This document shows positions 30,651-41,999 of a stretch of 64,000 nucleotides of DNA, piece after piece. The translations under genes and the position numbers were made by a program. The notes under the pieces are model-generated. The model was not told the DNA's origin and made no database searches. It saw nothing but the letters and a program-made list of their open reading frames with translations. Each line of letters begins with the position of its first letter. The first letter of the stretch is position 1. This DNA comes from an uncultured bacterium (GTDB taxonomy: Bacteria; Krumholzibacteriota; Krumholzibacteriia; Krumholzibacteriales; Krumholzibacteriaceae). The stretch is taken from NCBI GenBank assembly GCA_963747385.1, contig CAVVEY010000007.1, positions 393,050 through 457,049 of the forward strand, given 5' to 3'.

Positions 30651-31706
30651 ATGACGATAACGCTCGCCATGACGGCGGTCGAGTGGGAGACCGTGACGGG
30701 CGCGAGGCCCCGCGCCGAGGGGATTCTTCCTTCCGTATTCGCGGGCATCATCTCGTCGCTCACCCCGAACGATTCTCCCAAAACCGTGGTTATCAGGATC
30801 GAGGAGCTGCTCTCGCTCGCGGGCCGCATCTCCGACGGCGCGCAGGGAAAGCTGCTTTTCGTCAAGTCGATTCCCGCGATCCACGAGCTCTGCAGGGAGA
30901 AGGTCGCTTTCCTGCCCCTGAACGAAGCGTTGAAACGGAAGCTCTACCATTCATGCCTCACGAGCGGGATGCCGCATACCTTCGTGAGAATCACGGGCGG
31001 ATCCGCGACCGAAAGCGCTTTTGCGATCGATGCGGCGGCGAAATCGATGCTCATGATTCCGCTTCAGGCCGGCGACGTCAAATGGGCGATACTCGAGATT
31101 CACCTGCCGGGCGAATCTCCCCCGGACCGGAACGCCCTGTCGAACTTCCATATTCTCGCGGACGGGCTCGTGCGGTTCCTCGAGAACAACGCGCAGCTCG
31201 AGAAGATGGTCTCGATCGATCGTCTGACCCAGGTGCATAACCGGAACTACTACGAGATGCAGGTTCCGCTCGAGATCGAGCGGGCGAACCGCAACAAGAT
31301 GACCCTCGCCTTTCTCATCATCGACATCGACGACTTCAAGAAGGTGAACGACGTCTACGGGCACGCGGTCGGCGACCAGGTGCTGCGGCTCGTCGCCCAG
31401 ACGGTGCGAAAATCGCTCCGCAAGATCGATCTTCTCTTCAGGTACGGGGGAGAGGAGTTCATCGTGCTTTTGCCGGGAACGGGCGCGGAATCGGCTCAGA
31501 GGACCGCGGAGAGAATCCGCGGGATCGTGGCGCGCGCGGAGCATCCGCTCGACGACGGGAGAAAGGTGAAGGTGACGATCAGCATCGGAGGCTGCATCTA
31601 TCCGCAGGACGCGCAGAACGAAAGCCATCTTCTGCGCATGGCGGACAAGGCGCTCTACCTGGCCAAGGAAAAGGGGAAGAACCGCGTCGTGTTCTGCGGC
31701 GATTGA
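30651..31706 (+). CDS. Diguanylate cyclase (GAF-like N-domain + GGDEF)
   Basis: Intact 351 aa. DRLTQVHNRNYY, LIIDIDDFKKVNDVYGH, RYGGEEF active-site motif and MADKALYLAKEKGKNRV. Confidence 0.85.
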   Translation: MTITLAMTAVEWETVTGARPRAEGILPSVFAGIISSLTPNDSPKTVVIRIEELLSLAGRISDGAQGKLLFVKSIPAIHELCREKVAFLPLNEALKRKLYHSCLTSGMPHTFVRITGGSATESAFAIDAAAKSMLMIPLQAGDVKWAILEIHLPGESPPDRNALSNFHILADGLVRFLENNAQLEKMVSIDRLTQVHNRNYYEMQVPLEIERANRNKMTLAFLIIDIDDFKKVNDVYGHAVGDQVLRLVAQTVRKSLRKIDLLFRYGGEEFIVLLPGTGAESAQRTAERIRGIVARAEHPLDDGRKVKVTISIGGCIYPQDAQNESHLLRMADKALYLAKEKGKNRVVFCGD

Positions 31707-31790
31707 TTGGCCAATCGGTCCGGCGCGCGGAGCCCGCGGGGCGCCGTGCGTCTCTGAAATGCTTCGGGACGGCAGCGTGGGAGGTGGGGA

Positions 31791-33659
31791 ATGGTGCGGT
31801 GGTGGGCTGCCTTTTTCATTGCGGGGCTCGTTTCCCCGCCGGACGGCCGCGCGGGGCTCGTCGCGACGCTCCTCGTCGGCGGCCTCGCGTTCGGGACGGC
31901 CGTGACGGCGAGGCGTGCGCCGCGGGTCGCGGCTCGATCGTTTCGGCAGGGAACGATTCGTCCGGGCTCTCGGCTGCGTTCGTGATGTGCGTCGCGGCGG
32001 CCGTGATCATCTGGCAGACGGCCGGTCTCGATCGCCTGGCCCGCGATAGCTCCGGCGCCTGGCCGCCGGGCCCGGAGACGGGTCCGCGCGCCTCTTCGGC
32101 GGCGAAAGCGGCGCGTCGCGCGCGACGACCCGTCCGGACGGAATCCGCTCCCTTTCGCTCCCCGGCGCCCGTTCCCGGCTTCTCGATACGCTCGACGACG
32201 GCAGGCTTTCGGGACGCGCGCGCGGTCTCGTCGGCGCTCTCGTTCTCGACGATCGGAGCGGCCTCGATTTCAAGCTCAGCGAGACGTATTCGTATGTCGG
32301 AATAACGCATTTTCTCGCGCTCAGCGGCATGCACCTCGGCGCCATCGCGATCCCGCTTTCCGCATCTGCTCGGGAGGTTCATCCGGTCGAGACGCCGGAG
32401 CGATATCGCGCTGCTCGTTATCCTGTGCGTCTATTCGGCGGTGGCCGGTCTTCCGGCCTCGCTGCTGCGGGCGCTTTTCCTGAGCGCCGCGATTATCGCG
32501 TACCGCTTCATCGGAATGAATGCGGACCTGATCGGATCGCTCGTCGCGGGATCCTGCATCCTCGTCGCGATCGATTCGTCGATCGCGTTCGACGTCGGGT
32601 TCCAGCTTTCGTTCGCCGCCGTATGCGGCATAGCGCTCATCGCGGCGCCGCTCTCGAAGAAAGCCGAGGCGCGCCTGCCGGGCGGCGTTCGCGGAACGAT
32701 CGTGAAGGCCGTTTTGTTGCCCGCGCTCATCACGTGCTCCGTGCAGTTTCTCACGATGCCGCTCGTGATCTGTCTCTTCAAGCGTGCGTCGTTCTATTCT
32801 CCGGTCGTCAACGTCATGGTATCCCTGCCTTTCACGGTGCTCCTGTACGCGGGACTGCTGTACGTGTTCATTCCCCTGGGGCCGATGCGCGCTCTTCTGG
32901 CGCTCGGCATCAATCCCCTGTGCCGGTTCCTCGAAGCGGCGCCGGGCGTCTTCGCGCGGGGGCCGCACGCGGCGATATATAGCGGGGATTTCAATATCGA
33001 CGCCTACCTGTGCGGGGCGGCGCTGGGCGCGTGGGCGCTCCAGAAAAGCTGCCCGCGAAAGCGCATGATAGCGGTCGCGGGCGCCGTGTGCATCGCGCTT
33101 GCATTCGTCCTTCCGGGCGCCGGGTCGCGCAGAACGCACCCGGGCGCAAGCGCGGGGCATTCGCCGCGAGCGGATTCGATCCCGCGCGTATCATGCAGGG
33201 GAGCGGCGTATCTGGGCGCGGGAACGGGAATCATATTCCTGGAAGACGGTTTCACCTCGGGAGACGCGTATCGGCTCACTCGATCGCTCTGGGCGCAGGG
33301 AGTGAGAGGCGCGGGGCGGTGCGTCGTGGCGCCTTCGCATCTCCGGCGAAACCACGGCATTTTCTATCTCGTTACGAGGATCCGCGTCGAGGAGGTGCTC
33401 TGCAGCCCCTATCTTCTTGCTGCGCGACGCGGATCTGCCCGCGCGGCTCGAAGAGCGGGGCGTGAAAGTCAGGTCAGTGCGCGCGGGCGACGTCGTTCGG
33501 GACGGCCCGTGGAGGCTTGAGATCGTCGGGCCCTCGTTCCCGCCGCCGCGCCGGGGGGCCGTCGCCGGAAGCGACGCCGTTCTCAGGTGGAGACTCATCG
33601 CGAGCCGAATCACATCGCTTGACTTGCCGCCGGGGCGTGGATATCATGCTGTTCCATGA
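31791..33659 (+). CDS. comEC: ComEC/Rec2-like DNA-uptake channel protein with degenerate MBL-like C-terminus (at least four frame breaks; start uncertain)
   Basis: Hallmarks GLVGALVLDDRSGLDF...GITHFLALSGMHLGAIAIPL and SAVAGLPASLLRALFLSAA, plus many TM segments. Pieces lie in frames 0, 2, 1, 2 and 0, with switches near 31980, 32170, 32355 and 33420. The stop at 33657-33659 overlaps the purN start. Confidence 0.6.
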
Positions 33660-34282
33660 AAGAGAGAGCAGGGGTCGCGGTTCTCGCATCGGGCAGGGGC
33701 AGCAATTTCGAGGCCCTTGCGCGCGCCTGCATCGACAGGGAGTATCCCGCGGTTATCAAGGTGCTCATCGTCGATAGCCGGGAAGCGGGGGCGATCGCGG
33801 TCGCCGATTCGTTCGGGATCGAATGCGCCGTTGTCGATTGCGGCGCGAAGAAGGGTTCGATGACCCCCGAATCGAGCGAGATGATGGCGACTATCTGCGC
33901 GGAGCGAGGCGTCGGGCTCGTCTGCCTCGCCGGCTTCATGCGTATCGTGAAGGGAGCCCTCATGGCCGAATACCGCGGGAGGATGCTGAACATTCATCCC
34001 GCGCTCCTTCCCGGTTTCAAGGGGCTTCGCGCCCAGGCGCAAGCGCTCGAATACGGGGTCCGTTATTCGGGGTGCACCGTTCATTTCGTCGATGAGGGGG
34101 TCGATACCGGCCCGATCGTCGTTCAACGCGTCGTTCCCGTCCTCGATGAGGATACGGTCGAGAGTCTGAGCGATCGGATATTGCAGGAGGAGCATCGGGC
34201 ATATCCCGAGGCCGTGAGGCTGTGGGCCGAGGGAAGGCTGCGTATCGAGGGAAGGAGAGTCATTATCCATGAAGGAGCATGA
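33656..34282 (+). CDS. purN: Phosphoribosylglycinamide formyltransferase
   Basis: Intact 208 aa. VLASGRGSNFEAL, LAGFMRI, LNIHPALLP, SGCTVHFVDEGVDTGPI. Confidence 0.9.
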   Translation: MKERAGVAVLASGRGSNFEALARACIDREYPAVIKVLIVDSREAGAIAVADSFGIECAVVDCGAKKGSMTPESSEMMATICAERGVGLVCLAGFMRIVKGALMAEYRGRMLNIHPALLPGFKGLRAQAQALEYGVRYSGCTVHFVDEGVDTGPIVVQRVVPVLDEDTVESLSDRILQEEHRAYPEAVRLWAEGRLRIEGRRVIIHEGA

Positions 34283-35180
34283 TACGCCGAACGGACGCCT
34301 CGGGGCTCTTCCCGGCGTCGAGCCGTCGTTCAGCGGCAAGGTGCGCGATATTTACGATCTCGGCGACCGGCTCATCATCGTCGCCTCCGATCGTATTTCG
34401 GCCTACGATTCCGTTCTGCCGACGCCGATCCCCGGCAAAGGGATCGTTCTCACGCTGCTGTCCGCGGCATGGGTGAAATGGCTCGCGGGGATCCCGCATC
34501 ACATCCTGGAGACCGACGTCTCGGCGTTTCCGGCGCCGTATGACGGCTTCGCGCGCGAGCTCGGCGGTCGGTCGATGCTCGTCCGGAAGGCGCGTCGAAT
34601 CGATCTCGAATGCGTCGTCCGCGGGTATCTCGCCGGTTCCGGCTGGAAGGAGTATCGCGAGAGCGGCGCCGTGTGCGGTATCCCGCTCCCGAAAGGCCTG
34701 AGAATGTCCGATCGGCTCGAAGAACCGATCTTCACTCCCTCGACGAAGGCGGATTCGGGGCACGACAGGAATATCACGATCGAGGAAGCCGGGGAGATCG
34801 CCGGGCCCGAGGTCGTTCGGGAGATTCGCCGGCTCAGTCTCGAGATCTATGGAAGGGCGCGCGAGTACGCGGCGTCGCGCGGAATCATCATCGCCGACAC
34901 GAAGTTCGAATTCGGCTTCATCGACGATCGCGTCGCCCTTATCGACGAGGTGCTCACGCCGGATTCCTCGCGGTTCTGGCTCTCGAAAGAATACCGCCCC
35001 GGAGATTCTCCGCCGAGTCTCGACAAGCAATTCGTGCGGGACTACCTGGACGCGATCGGCTGGGATCACAATCCGCCGGCGCCGGAGCTGGAGGAGGAGA
35101 TCGTTCGCAAGACGTCCGAGCGCTATCGGATGGCGCTCACGAGCCTGTTTCCGGAAATCAACATCGAGAGGTATCTGTGA
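34269..35180 (+). CDS. purC: Phosphoribosylaminoimidazole-succinocarboxamide (SAICAR) synthase
   Basis: Intact 303 aa. GKVRDIYD, ASDRISAYD, LECVVRGYLAGSGW, IADTKFEFG, DEVLTPDSSRFW. It overlaps purN by 14 nt. Confidence 0.9.
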   Translation: MKEHDTPNGRLGALPGVEPSFSGKVRDIYDLGDRLIIVASDRISAYDSVLPTPIPGKGIVLTLLSAAWVKWLAGIPHHILETDVSAFPAPYDGFARELGGRSMLVRKARRIDLECVVRGYLAGSGWKEYRESGAVCGIPLPKGLRMSDRLEEPIFTPSTKADSGHDRNITIEEAGEIAGPEVVREIRRLSLEIYGRAREYAASRGIIIADTKFEFGFIDDRVALIDEVLTPDSSRFWLSKEYRPGDSPPSLDKQFVRDYLDAIGWDHNPPAPELEEEIVRKTSERYRMALTSLFPEINIERYL

Positions 35181-36746
35181 TGAACGTACCCGTGAAAAGA
35201 GCACTGCTCAGCGTCACCGACAAGAAATCGCTCGATTCGTTCGCGAAGGCGCTTTCGAGCCGCGGCGTGGAGATCATCGCGTCGGGGGGAACCGCGAAGG
35301 CGATCCGCGACGCCGGCGTTCCCGTCATCGACGTGAGCGACATCACCGCGTTTCCGGAGATCATGAACGGACGCGTGAAGACCCTGCATCCGAAAATCCA
35401 CGGCGGCATTCTCGCGGAGCGGGAAAATCGCGCGCACCTCGAGCAAGCGGCGAAGCACGGGATCGGGCTCATCGATATGGTCGTCGTCAATCTGTACCGG
35501 TTTCGCCAGGCGGTCGAGAATCCGAATTTCGGCGAAAAGGATATCGTCGAGGAGATCGACATCGGCGGCCCCGCGCTCATCCGGGCTGCGGCGAAGAATT
35601 ATCACTCCGTGGCGGTGATCGTGGAGCCGGGCGATTACGACGCGGTTCTGAAGGAGATGGGAGAAAACGGCGGATCGGTGACGCTCGAGACGCGGCGCAA
35701 GCTGGCGGCGAAGGCCTTCTTCCATACCGCCTGCTATGACGCGGCGATTTCGCGATATTTCGAACGGATACTCGTCCCGCCCGGCGATCTGCCTGCCGCG
35801 ATGATCACGGCGTACCGGCGCAGGCAGGCGCTTCGGTACGGCGAGAATCCCCATGTGCGCGGGGCGCTCTATGCGGCGGATCAGGCGGAAGACGGGCTCG
35901 TGAAGCTCGCGCAGATCCAGGGAAAAGAGCTTTCATACAACAACATTCAGGATCTCTATTCGGCGTATCTTCTCGCGCGGGATCTCGGAAAATCGTCATG
36001 CGCGATCATCAAGCACATGAATCCCTGCGGGGCGGCGAGCTGCGGCTCGGCGGCGGAGAGCTTCACACGCGCGCGTCGCACCGACGAAACGTCGGCATTC
36101 GGCAGCGTGGTGGCGTTCAACGACGTGGTTGACCGGCGCGTCGCGGAAACGTGCGGAGAGATATTCCTCGAGGTGATCGTCTCGCGCGGGTTCAAGCAGG
36201 ACGCCCTCGAGATCTTCGCGAAGAAAAAGAACCTGCGGCTCGTGACGATCCCCTCCGACGAGTGGGACGGGGCGAGCCGGGGATTTTCCACGAAGGAGAT
36301 CGAGGGGCTTCTCCTCGTTCAGGACCGGGACGAAGGGTTTCCCGAGCTCGAGAGCTGCCGGGTCGTCGACGGCGCGCACGCCCTCGCCCGAGGAGGATCG
36401 GGCGCTCAGGATCGCCTGGAAGATCGCGAAGCACGTTCGTTCGAACGCCATCGTGATCTGCGACGCGCAGGGCACGATCGGCGTCGGGGCGGGACAGATG
36501 AGCAGAGTCGATTCGTGCCGCATCGCCGTGGACAAGGCGCGCCGCGAGGGGATGCAGGTCGAGGGGGCCTCCGCCGCGTCGGACGCATTCTTTCCCTTTC
36601 CCGACGGTATCGAAGCGCTCGCGTCGGCGGGAGTGAAGGCGATCATTCAACCGGGTGGTTCGGTGCGGGACGATGAGGCCGTCGCGACCGCTGACAGGCT
36701 CGGCATCAGCATGGTTATGACCGGCATCCGGCATTTCAAACACTAA
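35180..36746 (+). CDS. purH: Bifunctional AICAR formyltransferase / IMP cyclohydrolase (one frame break near 36370)
   Basis: ATG 35180 overlaps the purC stop. [54 protein letters not shown]. The C-terminal 125 aa continue in frame 0 ([48 protein letters not shown]...GIRHFKH). Confidence 0.85.
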
Positions 36747-36757
36747 GGAGCTTTCGG

Positions 36758-38311
36758 GTGAAGCAAGGCCAGGCGAAAGGCGAATCGATCGTTATCCTCG
36801 ATTTCGGATCGCAGTACACGCAGCTCATCGCGCGCCGGATCCGCGAGGAGCGGGTGTTTTCCGTTATCCTGTCGCCGAAAGCCACCATCGAGGAGATTCG
36901 CGCCGAGAAGCCCTGGGGCATCATCCTTTCGGGCGGTCCCGCGAGCGTTTCGGACGAAGGGGCGCCGCAGATCAGCCCGGAGATCCTGTCGATCGGCGTT
37001 CCCGTCCTCGGAATATGCTATGGACTCCATCTCATCGCGCGCACGTCCGGGGGCGAGGTCGAGAAGGCGGACCATCGGGAGTACGGACATACGGTGATAC
37101 GGATCGACCGCGAGAGCGCGCTTTTTCACGAAACGCCCCGCGAGCAGCGCGTGTGGATGAGCCACGGAGACCGCGTGAAGCGGCTTCCCGAGAGCTTCGA
37201 CGTCGTCGCGGCGTCGCTGGGGGGAATCCTCGCGGCCTTCGAAAACAGCGAGCGCGGAATCTACGCGCTCCAGTTTCATCCCGAGGTGTATCACAGCGCA
37301 TACGGTTCCGAGATCTTGAGGAATTTTCTTTTTCGAGTCTGCCGATGCGAGCCGAACTGGGGATCGGGCTCGTTCGTCGACCGCGAGATCGCGAAGATCC
37401 GCGAGAAGGTGGGGGACGCGCGCGTTCTCTGCGCGGTCTCCGGGGGAGTGGACAGCTCCGTCATGGCCTGTCTCGTCGATCGGGCGATCGGGGGACAGCT
37501 CGTCCCCGTGTTTGTCGACAACGGGCTTCTCAGGCTTCATGAGGCTGAAGAGGTGAAGGAGATTCTGGCCCAGCACCTCGCGGCCGACCTCGTGTTCGTC
37601 GACGCCGCGGACGAGTTCCTGCACCGGCTCGCCGGGGTCGGCGACGCGGAGACGAAACGGAAGATCATCGGAAAATGCTTCATCGACATTTTCGAGGAAG
37701 AGAGCCGGAAGCACGGCCCCTTCGCGTTTCTGGCCCAGGGGACTCTGTACCCGGACGTGATCGAGAGCCGATCGACCGGCGGGCCGTCGGCGACGATTAA
37801 ATCGCATCACAACGTCGGGGGGCTTCCCGAGAATATGAACTTCGAGCTGATCGAGCCGCTCGCGCTCCTGTTCAAGGACGAGGTTCGCGAGGTCGGCAGG
37901 TACCTCGGTCTTCCGGACCGCCAGGTGAAGCGGCACCCCTTCCCCGGCCCCGGCCTCGCCGTGAGGATACCGGGAGAAATCACGCGCGAGGACCTCGATC
38001 TCCTGCGCAGGGCGGATCGGATTTTCATCGACGGTCTCCTGAGGGAAGGCCTCTACGACAGTGTGTGGCAGGCCTTCGCCGTCCTGCTCCCGGTGAGAAG
38101 CGTCGGCGTGATGGGGGATTCGCGCACGTACCAGCGCGTGATCGCCCTGCGCGCCGTCACGAGCATCGACGGGATGACGGCTGATTGGGCGAAGCTTCCG
38201 CACGAGTTTCTCCAGCAGGTGTCGGCCGATATCGTAAACAAGGTCCCCGGCGTGAACAGGATCGTCTACGATATCAGCTCGAAACCCCCGAGCACGATCG
38301 AATGGGAATAG
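36758..38311 (+). CDS. guaA: Glutamine-hydrolysing GMP synthase
   Basis: Intact 517 aa from GTG 36758, with AAGGAG RBS at 36745-36750. [32 protein letters not shown], and the C-terminal ...PPSTIEWE signature. Confidence 0.95.
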   Translation: MKQGQAKGESIVILDFGSQYTQLIARRIREERVFSVILSPKATIEEIRAEKPWGIILSGGPASVSDEGAPQISPEILSIGVPVLGICYGLHLIARTSGGEVEKADHREYGHTVIRIDRESALFHETPREQRVWMSHGDRVKRLPESFDVVAASLGGILAAFENSERGIYALQFHPEVYHSAYGSEILRNFLFRVCRCEPNWGSGSFVDREIAKIREKVGDARVLCAVSGGVDSSVMACLVDRAIGGQLVPVFVDNGLLRLHEAEEVKEILAQHLAADLVFVDAADEFLHRLAGVGDAETKRKIIGKCFIDIFEEESRKHGPFAFLAQGTLYPDVIESRSTGGPSATIKSHHNVGGLPENMNFELIEPLALLFKDEVREVGRYLGLPDRQVKRHPFPGPGLAVRIPGEITREDLDLLRRADRIFIDGLLREGLYDSVWQAFAVLLPVRSVGVMGDSRTYQRVIALRAVTSIDGMTADWAKLPHEFLQQVSADIVNKVPGVNRIVYDISSKPPSTIEWE

Positions 38312-38405
38312 CTCCCGGCGGGAACACGGCTTTTCCTGGCACCTGACTTGCCTCTCATCGCGTATCTTGATGTATGACGCATTATCGGGAAAAGAGTGCG
38401 GCACT

Positions 38406-40528
38406 ATGCCACGATTGTTGCTTTTTTGCGCGATATTGACCTTGGCGGGCTCCGCCTTCGGCGGGGGCGCCGAGGAGGCATTGTGGGCCGGGTTGGGCGC
38501 CTATCGAGCCGGCGATTACGAAGCCGCGCTTCAGCTCCTCGGACGGAAAACCGATAATCCCTATCTCGAAACGTTCCGGCTCTATTACCGCGCCGATTGC
38601 ATGGTTCGCGACTCGCTGTACCGGGACGCCGAGGCGACGATCGAGACGCTTTTCGCGCTCGTCGATTCCGGAGCGGTCGTTCGGAATCATCGCTTCGCGG
38701 ATCGGGCGTGCGATACGTATATCGAAGCGCTCGCGGGCGGCGGCACATGCGTTATTGAGCCGTTCGAGTATTTTCCGTCGTCCGGCATGGGAGGTCCGTC
38801 GAATCACGCATGGTTCATCGCCTCGCGCGCTTGCCTCGCGGCAGGAGACACCGCGAGCGCGATGAGGCATTTCGCAAAGGGCGCGACCGGGGATATGGCG
38901 CTCGAGGATGTGCCCCTCTTCAAGGATCTGTTCCACCGGTACGAGCCGCGCCTTGACGCATTTTCGGATCTGGAGCTCATGGGCATCGCCTCGCGTGCGG
39001 CGGATATCGGTCTCTTTCCCGAGGCGAGCGCGGCAGTGGATCTCGTGCTCGCGAGGAATCCCGGCGATCCCCGTCGCGCTGCTCGGCCGGGCGAACGTGA
39101 TGCTCAAATCGGGAGAGCCGGAACGAGCGCTGCGCGCCTATTGGGGCGTTTTCGATTCCACCGCGCCGGTGAGCGCGAAGAAAACCGCGCTCGGCCGGAT
39201 ATCATCGATCGAGTACCGTCTGAAGCGATACGACAAGGCCGCCAAGCACTACTTCATGCACGGCACGTTCTATCGCCAGACCTCTTCGCTCGATATGGCC
39301 GCGAGGATATACGTGATGCAGGGAGAATGGAAGAAGGCGCTCGCCGCATGGACCGTTCTCAGGGAGCGCCATCGATCGGAGCGTCTCTATCCCGACGTCC
39401 AGGTTTGGATCGAGGCAGGCTTGAGCGAAGCGGTTCTTCGCTCCTGGCTCGGGGGAAACGCCGAGGCGCATGCGATCCTGCGGGACATCCTGCCTCGATC
39501 CCGGGGTGTTCAGAGCGCGGCGACGCTCTACTGGCTCATGAAAACGAGCTCCGCGGACGCGGAGGTCGCGGTGTGGTCCGACAGCCTGCTTCGCGCCTGG
39601 CCGCGGTCCTTCTACGCGTCGATCGCCAGAGGAGACGAGAGCGCGCTGAAAATACGGAAGGACGATTCGGACGCGCCGGAAATCGACGCGCTCGCGCGAA
39701 TCGCGGGGGATCGCCTCGTGCGGTGCGATACGGCGAGAGCCGATTCCGCGCTCGCGCGGCATCCGGCCTTTCGTGCCTACGTCGATTTGCTCGATCATGG
39801 ATTTCATGAAGAAGCGAAGGCGACCGCGCGGGCGCTGATGGGAATTCAGGATCTGCTGTATCGGGAGCGCAATCGCGCTGCATCGGACGCCGAGAATGAG
39901 CGGGCGACGATCGGGGTTATTCCGGGACGCCTGTTCACGCTCTATGCGGAAGCATCGAAGCACGGTCTCGATGCGCTCTCGATGACACTGCTTTCCTACA
40001 CGTCGCCGACCGATTCTCTCGGCGCGTTTCCCGCGGATCTTTGGTATCCGCTGTCGCACCTTGAGGAGATACGGGCCGGCGCGACGTTCGCCGGCGTCTC
40101 TCCCTTTCTTGTTCTCGCGATAATCAGGGAAGAGAGCAGGTTCGATCCGAACGTCGTTTCCCGGGCCGGGGCGATAGGGCTCATGCAGATGATGCCGGCG
40201 ACCGCATCGTGGCATTCCGGGCCTGACGGATACGATTCGGCTGGGCGCGGACGACCTGCGGGATCCGGCGAAGAACATCCGCGCCGGCGTCGCCTATTTC
40301 CGCTATCTGCTCGGGCGTTTCGACGGTTCCCTGATCGGCGCGCTCGCCGCCTATAACGGCGGAGAAGGACGGATGGCTCGCTGGAAAGAGAATTTCGATC
40401 CCGGCGGCAATCCTCTCGTGGCCCTCGAGCTGATCGGGCCCCGCGAGACGCGCAACTACGTCAAGAAGGTTCTCGACGCGAATTCGACCTACGCGGCGAT
40501 GGCGAGAGAGAAGGCGGGCGCCGAATGA
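38406..40528 (+). CDS. Slt70-like soluble lytic transglycosylase with superhelical/TPR-like N-domain (two frame breaks)
   Basis: Signal MPRLLLFCAILTLAGSAFG. SLT core AIIREESRFDPNVVSRAGAIGLMQMMPATA...AAYNGGEGRMARW. Frames run 0>1 at the C4 run 39069-39072 and 1>2 near 40224. The stop overlaps the next start (ATGA at 40525-40528). Confidence 0.7.
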
Positions 40529-41908
40529 GGCTTCCTTTCCTGGCCATGATATGCGCGGCGAGTCTCGTCTTCGTTTCTCTCTCGGGGAGCGAGGAGCGGG
40601 GCGGCACGACGCTCGTGACGCCTCCGTGGACGCATTGCCTCGGGCTCCACAAGGCGAATCAATTTCATCTCGACATCTACTCGGGGTATCGGGAGAAGTT
40701 CGACGATCCCGAGGGTCTCTTCTGCATCAAGCTCGCACGCAAGGACAAACCGGACACACGGCGCGACGACGACGAGCTCACCGTCTTCGGCGTCAATAGC
40801 GGCGCGGGAGACATCATCTACAACAAGAGCCTCGTATCGATCGGCATAGTCGGGGAGCCGGGCGAGGGTCCGATGCGATTCAGAAACCCGCTCTCCCTGA
40901 CGGGGGACAAGGACGGCAATCTCTACGTCGCCGACACGGGCAACGACCGCGTCGCCCATCTTCGATACGCGGACGACGGGCTCGTCTGGGTCAAGGAGAT
41001 CCGGGGCGGGACCCTGGGGGGTCTTCGGAGCCCTTCGGGAGTCTGTTTGAGCGGCGGGAGGCTCCTCGTCGCCGATACGGAGAACGATCGCGTCGTCGTG
41101 TTCGATCCCGACGGTTCCGTCGTGGAATCGTTCGGCGCGGAATTTCAGGGGGCTTACCTGTTTCGTCCGTACGCGATAGCGGCGATCACCGCGGGGGACG
41201 AATTTCTCTATTACGGCGATCATTTCATCATACTCACCGACAGCCTCGGGATGAGACTCTGGAAGCTGTCCCCCGACGGAAAGGCGCTCGGTCTCGTTCG
41301 CCGGCGGCGCGATCGGCGGAAAAGGATCCTTCAATCACGTCGCCATCGACTATTATGGCAACGTATACGTCACGGATCGCGAGGCGTGCGTCATCCACAA
41401 GTTCGACCGGCACCTCTCATATATCGTCGCGATAGGGGACCGGGGTTCGGGCGGGGGTCCTCATTTCGACGAACCGCGCGGGATCTCGATATACCGCCGT
41501 TTCGGACAGATATTCGTCTCGGAGCGTTCAGGCGCCCAGTATTTCTGGATCGGCGCCGACGTTCTCCGCTACTCCGCCGAGAATCTCGCTTTCGATCCCG
41601 TTCGAGAGCGATGCAGCGTCGACGTCTCGTTCCAGCTTACCGAATGCTCGGCGATCTCCCTCGCGCTGAAGGACGAGGAAGGAAAAACGCGATTCACGAT
41701 CATCCCGACGTACATGCTTCCTCCGGGCACGTTTTCGAAGCGGATCGAAGTCGATTGTCCGGACGCCGCGGCGCTTGCAAAATGCAAATTGAAGCTCGTC
41801 CTCGCCGCCTCGCCGACGTACTCGGCCCGCGAATACCTGACCGTCGAAAGGGACAGCCGCATCCTCGTTCCGCGCGTTTCCGAACTGCGCCCCGCCGGTT
41901 CCCGGTGA
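40525..41908 (+). CDS. NHL-repeat beta-propeller protein, secreted (one frame break near 41298)
   Basis: Signal MRLPFLAMICAASLVFVSLSG. NHL units GNLYVADTGNDRVAHL, GRLLVADTENDRVVVFD and GNVYVTDREACVIHKFD. The C-terminal part is read in frame 2, ending RPAGSR, TGA 41906-41908. Confidence 0.65.
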
Positions 41909-41999
41909 ACGGATCCGTTGGCTCGCTTATTGCTCATTGGATCATACGGTTATTCCAGAAGCAGCATACACGTGCATTGTGCAAGGCAGGTCATCAGCG

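Noticed and set aside
34610-35179. The N-terminal 190 aa of the 688-aa track ORF 34610..36676, which would make a giant PurH.
   Set aside because: This part is an out-of-frame read-through across purC (Arg-rich nonsense). The real purH starts at ATG 35180 ([15 protein letters not shown]), overlapping the purC stop.
33600-36760. A purine or ZTP-type riboswitch controlling purN-purC-purH-guaA.
   Set aside because: The genes overlap or are separated by 11 nt or less, and purN overlaps the ComEC-like gene end. There is no untranslated space for a riboswitch in this window.
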